From sequence record SRR20825006_1900: a stretch of 39,977 nt of DNA; one strand, 5' to 3'. Each line of letters begins with the position of its first letter. The first letter of the stretch is position 1. Below, one piece after another: positions 9,401-16,778 of this stretch. The position numbers were made by a program, and so were the translations under genes. The notes beneath the pieces are model-generated. The model had not been told where the DNA came from and ran no database searches. It saw only the letters and a list, made by a program, of their open reading frames with translations.

Positions 9401-12400
9401 ACGCCCCCGCGAGGCCACAACCAGGCACCCTGTTCCGCCTGCTCACGAGTAATGCTGGCCGCCGCTTCCTTGGTGTTCTGCATGATGGCTTCCGGGTTGG
9501 CCGGCAGTACCGCGGCCGTATCCGTTTTCTCGCCCTGGGACTGGGAGACTTTTTCCCAGGCAGCGGTGAGTCCGTCATCCCCGGTCTGGGTATAGACACC
9601 GCTACCCAAATCACCACTGCCGTCGGCCTGACGCAAAACCGGATTGATGGTTTGCTGACGCAGGGGATCAAAGCGAGCGGCTTCATCCAGCATCCAGTCA
9701 CCGTTCATGGAGGCATTGCGGGCTTTGAGTTGTTCCGCCAGTGCTTTCGCCTCATCGCCGGCGGGACAAACGGCGGCAAAGTCCGCACGGTGATATTCAC
9801 CGGAGCGCAAATCCACAAACCGGCTTTCCGGGTCTGCCGCGTGGCGGTTATCGATAGGCTTGAGTTTGACACCAGCCGGCAAGGTCAGCGGGTCCACCTT
9901 GATGGTATGCAAACCCGGGTTCAGGCCATAAACGCTGTACTGGCCGTTCTCGTCGGTAATCACCCAGGTACCGTCCTGCAGGTACAGCTTCACGCCACCA
10001 ATGGGCCACTCGCCATCGTTCTGCAGGTTATTACAGTCCGCATCCACATAGACTTTACCGAACAGCATGGCCTTGTCTGACAGCACGCCTTCGTTGCGGA
10101 TCTCCACTTCGGCTTCGTCCTGGTTGGAACGGTAGGTAAAGCCGGAAGCCGTATTGGCCTGGGCCGTGGCCCGGTTGATGCCGTCACTGTCCACCGCGGC
10201 GGCCGACAACCGCAAACCGTAATGCAGTGTCACCGTTTCACCCGCCTGCAGTGGCAGTGCCACTACAGAGCCATTACTGCGCTCGCGCTCCAGGCGGAAG
10301 GTCAGCTGTGGACCAGGACGGCCCGCCGGATCTGGCATTTCGATGCGCTGCCCGCCCACGTCCAGCCAGGCGCTGTCATTGATGTAGCGAAAACCATAGG
10401 GCAACTGATCGATAATCCTGCCGGCGTAAAGCGCATCGGTGTGGTTGTTGGTCAGGTTGATGCTGTAGGCCAACACATCACCCACCGCAGCGCTGTCCTT
10501 CTCCACATTCTTGTCCAGCACCAGAATCCCGGCAGCGGTATTGGCGCTCGGGTCCAACGGAATATTCACAAACACATTCGAGGTACCCAACAGGAACGCC
10601 CCGTTGTTACTGCCCGCCACCCGCGCAGCTTTACGCCCCACCGGCGCCTGATAACCTTCCAGGCCGTAGGAGCTGTCATTCACATCCGAATAGAAGCTGC
10701 CCGCTGCAGCAGGAGACACCACTGACGGGAAGGTATAGCCCGCCGGTGGCAATACATCCAGGTAATAGCAGTGGCCCGGGGTAGCAAAGGGGTACTGGTA
10801 ATCGCCCAGCACAGAGGTGTTATCCACGTTGGCGGTATTGGTGTTTTCACCATCCAGGCTCTCACCGGTGAAAGGGTCTGTGCCCACTTCATAGTCGCTT
10901 TGCGCCAGATCCGCACAGCTGCCCGCGCCACTGGCCGATAAGGTTTGCCGGGACTGGTACAGAATCACCTGCGCACCACCCACCGGGTTGCCGTTGCTGG
11001 AGTCAAAGACGGTTCCGGCCGGGTCCACCGCGGCCACATCGGACACCACCTCATAACGCTCAACATTGCCGGTGGGACCATAAATCGGCATCTGAAAACG
11101 GGCGGTCAACGTATCGCGGGCCTCACTGCGCAACGCACAGGCCTCATCCAGCACCTGACTTGTGGTGGTATTACTATTGAATTCCTGCGCCTGGGAGGTA
11201 CTCGCGGTGGAGGGGCACTGGCGGCCGTAACCGTTTTCATCATTGCTAAGCACAAACGGGCGAATACTGCGGAATACACCGGAATCCGGTGTCGTCTCAC
11301 TCATGACAACGCGCAAGGTGTCGCCGGTCAGGGCCGATTCCACGGTCACAATAATGAGGCGCTCACCGGAGGGTCCTCGCTCCAGGAAATCCCGTTGGGT
11401 CGGGGACAGGTTCAGCTGTGAGGCGTTCAAGCGCAGGTAGACGCCATCGGTGAGTACCTGATTGTTTTCAGCGGGCAACAGCGCATACATATCCGCTAGC
11501 TGGAAGTCGCTGTCCTCGCTGTGCCGCGGCGCCTGCCCGGAACCGGACACCTGTGGCGTGGGGCGCTCGAATACCAGCGTCGGACGAACCGAACCCGCCA
11601 GGGTGTTGCACACCGTATTACTGAAAAAGTCGTCCGCGCCATCGCCATCGGTATCAACAACCGCCTGGTTGTAAATCCGTGTATTGCTGGTCAACCCGGT
11701 GCCGACCTGAACACCGAAGGTAAAGCCGCCAGACTCATTGGATTCCATGGCCGACGCGGGAACCAAAACGCCAAAGCGGTCCACTGGCGTGGACGGTGAC
11801 CACAGATCAAAGCGGATCCATTCATCATCCGCATCGCCGGAACGGTGCACCACCGCGACAGATTGAATTGGCGAGATACCGGTAGCGCTGCCCGGGCGTA
11901 ACTGCACGTTCGCCGGCAAGGCATCTTCCAGCATAACGCCCTGCTCCACCTGACCACTGATCAGGAAGCGCCTTTCTGCGGGGGCGCTGCTGCCGGTATT
12001 GGTATAGCTGATGCTGTAGTCCAGCGATTGCCCTTCCTGGGCAGGGTTATCACAACTCTGGCTGCTCGACTTGGTCAGATTCAGGAAGGCGCCAGAAGCC
12101 ACCGTGACACTGTCTTGCCGTGAGTCGGACACATCAGCATCCGTTTGCGACTCGGCCAGTACCGACACTCTCAACACATCATTCTGACCTTGCCCGGACG
12201 TCACCGTGCCTGCCACCACGAGGGAAAGTGACGCGCCGGCAGGCAAGCTCACCGGCGCCGTAATTTCCGGTTCACCGGCATCGACCACACCGTTGCCGTT
12301 CACATCTTCATACAGACGCAAATTCAACAGGTCACCATCATCGCCGGCACTGTTCACCGCCGTCAGGCTGTAGTCATCGTCCACATTGCCGGTATTGGTC

Positions 12401-12663
12401 AGAACATGGGGCAGGTTAACGCGCTGGCCGGCGGCCACTGTCAACGCATTGTTGTTACCCAGCAGCACATCACGGTATGGCGCCACAACAAGTTGGGACA
12501 CATTGGAACTCTGCGTGACCACCTGCCCGGTAAGCGGGTTCAGGTAACGGACCTGGGCCTGGTTACGCAGCACCGTACCGGCCGGGGTGGCAGCCGCAAT
12601 GGCGCCGCTGGCAATCGCCAGCAGCGTCATTACGCTGATTGTCCAAACCCCGATCCGATTCAA
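6403..12663 (-). CDS. Giant outer-membrane protein: N-terminal Ig/DUF11 domains, SdrD-B/Cna-B-like and invasin-like Ig domains, ~800 aa C-terminal beta-barrel
   Basis: ORF 6403..12729. Likely start is TTG at 12663 (AGGA 9 nt upstream), which gives a clean signal peptide MNRIGVWTISVMTLLAIASGAIAA. Two complete DUF11-type domains; GKVYVDADCNN..ITDENGQYS; amphipathic strands from ~8844 ending GVFVGLEYKF. Confidence 0.8.
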   Translation of the reverse strand: MNRIGVWTISVMTLLAIASGAIAAATPAGTVLRNQAQVRYLNPLTGQVVTQSSNVSQLVVAPYRDVLLGNNNALTVAAGQRVNLPHVLTNTGNVDDDYSLTAVNSAGDDGDLLNLRLYEDVNGNGVVDAGEPEITAPVSLPAGASLSLVVAGTVTSGQGQNDVLRVSVLAESQTDADVSDSRQDSVTVASGAFLNLTKSSSQSCDNPAQEGQSLDYSISYTNTGSSAPAERRFLISGQVEQGVMLEDALPANVQLRPGSATGISPIQSVAVVHRSGDADDEWIRFDLWSPSTPVDRFGVLVPASAMESNESGGFTFGVQVGTGLTSNTRIYNQAVVDTDGDGADDFFSNTVCNTLAGSVRPTLVFERPTPQVSGSGQAPRHSEDSDFQLADMYALLPAENNQVLTDGVYLRLNASQLNLSPTQRDFLERGPSGERLIIVTVESALTGDTLRVVMSETTPDSGVFRSIRPFVLSNDENGYGRQCPSTASTSQAQEFNSNTTTSQVLDEACALRSEARDTLTARFQMPIYGPTGNVERYEVVSDVAAVDPAGTVFDSSNGNPVGGAQVILYQSRQTLSASGAGSCADLAQSDYEVGTDPFTGESLDGENTNTANVDNTSVLGDYQYPFATPGHCYYLDVLPPAGYTFPSVVSPAAAGSFYSDVNDSSYGLEGYQAPVGRKAARVAGSNNGAFLLGTSNVFVNIPLDPSANTAAGILVLDKNVEKDSAAVGDVLAYSINLTNNHTDALYAGRIIDQLPYGFRYINDSAWLDVGGQRIEMPDPAGRPGPQLTFRLERERSNGSVVALPLQAGETVTLHYGLRLSAAAVDSDGINRATAQANTASGFTYRSNQDEAEVEIRNEGVLSDKAMLFGKVYVDADCNNLQNDGEWPIGGVKLYLQDGTWVITDENGQYSVYGLNPGLHTIKVDPLTLPAGVKLKPIDNRHAADPESRFVDLRSGEYHRADFAAVCPAGDEAKALAEQLKARNASMNGDWMLDEAARFDPLRQQTINPVLRQADGSGDLGSGVYTQTGDDGLTAAWEKVSQSQGEKTDTAAVLPANPEAIMQNTKEAAASITREQAEQGAWLWPRGGVSRDGRFQVVVRAGVDPVLSVNGKTVAKAQLGEQVVNKRERAQVVTWYGVTLGEGENTLVVSTRDMFGNERVMAEKTVVRPAAPQSITLETESDTLPADGGRSTLGVRVRLNDAKGNPALGSHFVTLETDRGQWLEEDLQSGTPGHQIKLVDGVALAHLRSTEYTGPVRLRATLDRFSDSIQIEQIAPLRPLLATGFLQVQSRAGGLRDNGNAPTDVADEFEDGVDGRAAVFMKGQVRGDAHLTLAYDTDKDLDTEDEVRRDLNPADYYPIPGDASVRGYDARSRSKLYAKLEKDRSSIMWGDYLTDPQNDFYDLGRTQRTLTGLNGVYDNGRARFQVFAARPDMEQVTEELPGNGTALLFTLSNDPARDSETVEIIVRDRNNPGLVIETTPLTRYVDYSVNYFTGDIRFHDVVPTVDDSLNPVFVRVSYNVEGDAEEYNVLGARLNYDLTDQLQLGVSRTQDDHETEGFDLTSVSAQYKLDENTRINVSSGSMAHENNDPEGRAYSINGERLWVDGSRTELRWARAEAGFDNPSAGISAAREEMRLGHEQMLARDFSVEVEGIRSKQLDGSEEQNSLGVIGEKRIGATALRGGVRGIEQKDAQGSEDFGTYILGADRGFNLLGKPFQIGAEYEQAFNDTSRRRIAADADMQLTEKTSLYSRYEIINSLNGINTLDDDVETQQFTTGVRSAVTRNTDVYSEYRLRGAVDGRDVAAANGVKSDIEIEPGLTVSPSMEWIQTLDGQTNQDATALSVGAEDKRNENRRTLGRVETRFGDDREYYGLSAANIWRVNTDWSAVVRDDLRLQYFDTEAKEGDNIVTLGMARRPRRDNRHHMLFMYKWKEEWGGSGGSDRTVHLFSTHHNYQAHDDWIFSGRLGAKWQQTELGNLDVESDAYVADGRIIWDITRRFDLDLHGGAITTEGVKERRYSYGFTVNALVRRNLRMGVGYNFTGFRDDDLDPEGYNAEGVFVGLEYKFDEDDLSWLGSKAAGQRSYLGDAR

Positions 12664-12712
12664 TTCACGATTTCCTGTCGTTCCCACGCGGTGCTTGAGC
12701 ACCTTTTTTTGG

Positions 12713-12820
12713 GCCGCCCCAGCGGCCATGTTTTTAGAGCTTTCTCAGACGTTGCGCACAGCGCCTGAGAAAGCTCTCCCCCTTCCCCGCACAGGGGAAG
12801 AGGAAGAGCCCGGGAGGGGC
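12713..12820 (-). other. Cluster of intergenic stem-loops downstream of the putative major subunit gene
   Basis: Perfect 13-bp inverted repeat AGAGCTTTCTCAG/CTGAGAAAGCTCT (12736-12777); CTTCCCC/GGGGAAG (12782-12800); GGCCGC/GCGGCC near 12713-12727. No U-tract on the coding strand. Confidence 0.65.
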
Positions 12821-12824
12821 TTGC

Positions 12825-15791
12825 TTAGTTCACTTGCACACAGAACTGTGCATTGGCGTTATCACCCGCTGGCAAATCACCCACGAGCCACTCCACAACA
12901 GGCGCGGTGCCGGAGTTGGCCACCGAGTTGTTGTCCGAGGCACGCACAGAGTCTTTGGCGGCCAGGAAGGAGGTGTACGGGGTGGTTTCATCAGTGATGG
13001 TCACGTTCTTCGCCGTAGCCGCACCTTCATTGGTTGCCGTCAGGCTCCAGATCACACACTGACCCGGCTCCACTTCCGTGGTCTGGGTAGCAGCGAACGG
13101 GCTATCGGGTGTCCAGGTCGGGGAGGCATCGTTACAGCTACAATCCGCATCCACGCCGGCCGTCTTGTTCAGACGTACCTGGCCGAGAATGACTTCGGTC
13201 AGGTCGGTGGCGGTGGCAGACGCATCGGCACCCGCAGTGTTGTCTTCATTTATGGCAGACAGGGTCAGGGTGTCCTGGGTGCCCTGCGGCGCATTGGCCG
13301 GCGCGAACACCGTCACCTGCAGTTCCACTTTCTCACCCGCTTCCAGCGTCAGCTCCGGCGCGTTATCGCCGTCTGCATCCGCCACACCGATTTGTACCGG
13401 GTTACCCGCCTGATCACGCACCCACAGCTGGCCAGCCGTGGCCAGAGCGGCGATCTGGCTCAGCTCACGGTAAGCATCGGGAGTACCGTCGTTGTTGGTG
13501 TCCACATACAACTGGGTGGTGTTGGTCCAGTCCGGCGCATTGGAGTTTGCAGCACTCAGCTCAACGGTTTCGGTGGAATTGCCGTCGTTGGAAAGCACGT
13601 GCGGGTAGTCCACATTACCGCCTGGCTGTACCTGGTTGGCACCGTCAGGAGTGATGCTGATATCACGGTTGGCAACAACGTCTACCGCATCCAATTTGCT
13701 ATCGGTAATACTGTTATCCGATGAGGAGGTCACGGTGAAGGTCACCGGATAGTCACCGTCGCTGTCGTTGGTATTAACCGCGTCACCGCCGGTGTAGTCC
13801 GCTTCGGCCTGGGCCACGTTGGAAGACACTTTCACTTCCGCGGTGTAGTGGTAAACCGCGCTGGCAGGCAGGTTCGGGGTGGCCGTTACCACGGTGCCGG
13901 CATCGACGGTGTTATCCAGGGTGCCATTGCCGTCGTTGTCGATACCCACTTCCTTGAATACCACCGTCCAGCCGGAAGGCAGTGTGGAACCCAGCGTATA
14001 GGACTGCGGGTTACCGGATTCATTGGCGACAAACAGGCTGAAGCTGGTGGTTGCACCGGCCGCAGCTGAATTGGTGGTGGTGGGTGTGCCGGTGTTGGCA
14101 TCCGCATCCACTGCACTATCACCCAGACCGGTTGCCGTGGCGCTGTTGGCAATATCCACAGCCGCCGCATTAATGGTCGCGAGCACACCCTGAGTGTCAT
14201 CACTTTGGTTATTGTCGCCAGCAGAGGTGGCAGTGAGCGTATAGGCATAGGGGCCTGCACCACTGGCCGACGCCGGCAGATCCGCTTTCACGGTAATATT
14301 CAGCGCATTCGCTGCACCTGGCGCCAGGGAACCGGTATCCGGGTTGCCATCGCCATTGGTATCGGTGATTTGCACTGTGCCAGCCGCATTCCAGAAGCTG
14401 TAAGTGGTGCCCGCGGGGAAAGTGCTGCCCGCCGTATCCACGCTCAGTTCAAACACATCGTCGCCGTTACCGTTGTTGGTGATGGTGTGCTTGAAGTCCA
14501 CCACGGCACCGCTGGCGGCGCTGGCGACGTTGAACACATCATCATCGGTGGTATCGGGGGCAATTTCGGTGTCGTCCGCATCCACGGCATAGGTCTGACC
14601 GATAACGGTGGTTACCGTGTTGGAAGTCACCGGGTTATCCGGGGTGTTATCACCATCCAGGTCGCCCTGGGCGGCAAAGGTGTTCTTGATCTCAGTACCT
14701 GCAGCAGCAGCCGGATCAAAGCTGACGGTATACACCACAGACACGGTGGTGTTCACACCCAGGCTGGCATCGGTCAGCAAAATACCGGGGATACCGGTTT
14801 CACCGCTGGTGCCATCGCCATCCAGGTCTACACCGGCGGGCTCATCAATAGAGGCCAGAGCTGCCGGCGTGTACATGGTGGTCGCATCCGCCGGGATATT
14901 CTGGTCCGTACCGGTATTGTCTTCGTAGGTGTCACCATTGGATGCCAACAGACCATTCACCGTGGTGATATCCACAAAGGTAGCGTTGGCCGGCACCGCA
15001 TCGAAGATGTCTACCGCGGTCGCCGCACGGCCACCGTTGTTTTTCACCGTCAGGGTGTAGGTAATGGTGTTGGCTGTCAGATCAACGGACGCCGCCTTGG
15101 TGGTTACCAGCACGGCATCAGTGGTCACTGTCACCTGGTCGCTGTTGGTATCGTTACCGTCTGCGCCGTTAACACCGTCAGAGTCATAGGTGCCAGCATC
15201 GCCGTTGGTGCCGATATCCTGTACCAGGCCACCGTCATTGGCGTCGAAGCTGCCATCGCCCCGGGTCGAACGCACCAGCAAGGTGCCATCGATGGTGGCG
15301 CCCGCTGCGGTTCCGGAGGGAACCGGCACGGCCAGGATCAGCTCGACCTGGTCACCGGCATCAACGATCACTGACGTGGCGGCGCTTTCACCGGCATCGG
15401 GCTGACCATTGCCGTTGGCGTCGATAAACACCTGATAGCTACCCGCTGCGCCGGCACCATTCAGCCCGTCCAGGGTGAAGGTATCGGTGGCATTACCGGT
15501 GTTTTTCAGAGTGTGGCTGAAGTAAACGGTTTCACCCGGCGCACCGGATTTGTTGCCGTCATTTTCCAGCGTACCCGCATAGACTTCTGCAACGGTCACT
15601 ACCGCTTCATTGGACTGTGCGGAGTAGCTGTTGCCGTTGGCATCTTCATAGGTAACGGTTGCCTTGTTCTTGATGTCCGTCCCTGCGTCAGTCAGCGCCC
15701 ACGCTTGCCCTGCGGCAAACAATAGACCCCCAGACACAAGGGATGCGGCCATTTTCGAAGACAACACGCCCTTATTGAAGGCATGTTTCAT
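12825..15791 (-). CDS. Secreted multi-Ig/DUF11-domain protein (988 aa), putative major fibre subunit
   Basis: Signal peptide (..AGQAWA), AAGGA RBS, A/T/D/N/G-rich composition, four Ig-like units, one complete DUF11-type domain (K232, D264, N370), many DxD/NGDG loops. Confidence 0.82.
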   Translation of the reverse strand: MKHAFNKGVLSSKMAASLVSGGLLFAAGQAWALTDAGTDIKNKATVTYEDANGNSYSAQSNEAVVTVAEVYAGTLENDGNKSGAPGETVYFSHTLKNTGNATDTFTLDGLNGAGAAGSYQVFIDANGNGQPDAGESAATSVIVDAGDQVELILAVPVPSGTAAGATIDGTLLVRSTRGDGSFDANDGGLVQDIGTNGDAGTYDSDGVNGADGNDTNSDQVTVTTDAVLVTTKAASVDLTANTITYTLTVKNNGGRAATAVDIFDAVPANATFVDITTVNGLLASNGDTYEDNTGTDQNIPADATTMYTPAALASIDEPAGVDLDGDGTSGETGIPGILLTDASLGVNTTVSVVYTVSFDPAAAAGTEIKNTFAAQGDLDGDNTPDNPVTSNTVTTVIGQTYAVDADDTEIAPDTTDDDVFNVASAASGAVVDFKHTITNNGNGDDVFELSVDTAGSTFPAGTTYSFWNAAGTVQITDTNGDGNPDTGSLAPGAANALNITVKADLPASASGAGPYAYTLTATSAGDNNQSDDTQGVLATINAAAVDIANSATATGLGDSAVDADANTGTPTTTNSAAAGATTSFSLFVANESGNPQSYTLGSTLPSGWTVVFKEVGIDNDGNGTLDNTVDAGTVVTATPNLPASAVYHYTAEVKVSSNVAQAEADYTGGDAVNTNDSDGDYPVTFTVTSSSDNSITDSKLDAVDVVANRDISITPDGANQVQPGGNVDYPHVLSNDGNSTETVELSAANSNAPDWTNTTQLYVDTNNDGTPDAYRELSQIAALATAGQLWVRDQAGNPVQIGVADADGDNAPELTLEAGEKVELQVTVFAPANAPQGTQDTLTLSAINEDNTAGADASATATDLTEVILGQVRLNKTAGVDADCSCNDASPTWTPDSPFAATQTTEVEPGQCVIWSLTATNEGAATAKNVTITDETTPYTSFLAAKDSVRASDNNSVANSGTAPVVEWLVGDLPAGDNANAQFCVQVN

Positions 15792-15837
15792 GGCTTCATT
15801 CCTTTAATGGATTGTGTTTTGGATTACCCTCGGTTTC

Positions 15838-15951
15838 GAAAGCCTTGCGAGAGCGGCCCCTCGTTATTCACAAGCGGTCCGCCCCTCCCCATGCGGCCGA
15901 TCGCAACGATCAAGCCGCTCGCACAAGACTTCCCGGGATCTTTCGATCCCG
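15838..15951 (-). other. Structured intergenic leader RNA
   Basis: CGGGATC-GAAA-GATCCCG hairpin (15934-15951) and a 20-bp helix, 15914-15933 with 15838-15857, with G-U pairs and one mismatch. Confidence 0.55.
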
Positions 15952-15969
15952 CGTCTGCTTCTCCCGGAG

Positions 15970-16440
15970 CTACTGCACCCGTACCCGGTAGCGGTATTCC
16001 TGCACCTGGTCAGGCTGCAGGCTGCCTTTCGGCTGCCAACGCACCTGGGTGTAGTCGCTGGGAGAAACCTCGACGTTCTTGGACTGGCCATTTTCGCCAG
16101 TAACTGTTTTGGTGACCGGCTCAGCCTGGAAGCTGTCGCCGTTATCAATGCTGACGGTGAAATCGGCGCTCACCTGGGTGGCAGCACTGTCTTTTAGATA
16201 AACGGTATTCGCCGGAACCGGTCCGGTAATAACCAGACCGGAAAGCGGCTGGTCACCGTTATTGGTATAAGTCAGCCGGTATTCGACAATATCCCCGGGA
16301 CTGGCCTGCTCGGCTTCCTCCACCACTTCCTTGCCGTCTTGACTGGTCACCAGATAAGAATCCATCTGGCTGGATAACGGAGCATCCGCCCAGACAGCAG
16401 CGGACATCAAGAGCATCAAAGCCGAAAAGAACAGTTTCAT
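15970..16440 (-). CDS. Small secreted stand-alone DUF11-like protein (putative chaperone or cap)
   Basis: Signal peptide MKLFFSALMLLMSAAVWA (ORF track starts at 16449); ASPGDIVEYRLTYTNNG..LVITGPVPANTVY..LQPDQVQEYRYRVRVQ. Confidence 0.85.
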   Translation of the reverse strand: MKLFFSALMLLMSAAVWADAPLSSQMDSYLVTSQDGKEVVEEAEQASPGDIVEYRLTYTNNGDQPLSGLVITGPVPANTVYLKDSAATQVSADFTVSIDNGDSFQAEPVTKTVTGENGQSKNVEVSPSDYTQVRWQPKGSLQPDQVQEYRYRVRVQ

Positions 16441-16530
16441 GAGCAACATTCCCGGTATAAATCAGGGTCCACCCTGACCTTCACTCAATACATCGCACCG
16501 TGCGACATACCCCTATATGAAAATATTTTT

Positions 16531-16589
16531 TGTGACGAGAGTCCCATAAAAGAACCCTGTTACTGTAATTCTTTGTGACAGCATGCGCA
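16531..16589. promoter_or_regulatory. Two CRP/Vfr-like boxes upstream of the fibre operon
   Basis: TGTGA-cgagag-TCCCA (16531-16546, 9/10 to TGTGA-N6-TCACA) and TGTGA-cagcat-GCGCA (16574-16589, 8/10), both with AT-rich flanks. Confidence 0.5.
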
Positions 16590-16729
16590 TTTTGCACAAA
16601 AAATGTCGTCTTTGGGTGAATAGAATGTAAAAAGACCGTAAACGAAAAGTGGGGCTATCGCTCCAGACAATCCCCGAAAGGCGCGCAGCTAAAGGCTTAC
16701 AAGGTTGTAAGCAAAAGCTTACAACCAAT

Positions 16730-16757
16730 AAAAAACCCGCCAGTGGCGGGTTTTTTT
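16730..16757 (-). terminator. Intrinsic (bidirectional-type) terminator after hflC
   Basis: AAAAAACCCGCC-AGT-GGCGGGTTTTTTT, ~20 nt after the hflC stop. Confidence 0.9.
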
Positions 16758-16778
16758 GCGACGAACAGTATTCACATA

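Noticed and set aside
12664-12729. N-terminal extension MAAGAAQKKV... of the 2108-aa ORF
   Set aside because: It overlaps a hairpin and has no RBS; TTG at 12663 has an RBS and gives a normal signal peptide.
15900-15965. Possible c-di-GMP-I riboswitch (GAAA tetraloop hairpin before an adhesion gene)
   Set aside because: Lacks the CGCAAAG junction and the tetraloop-receptor motif after the hairpin; kept only as an unclassified structured leader.
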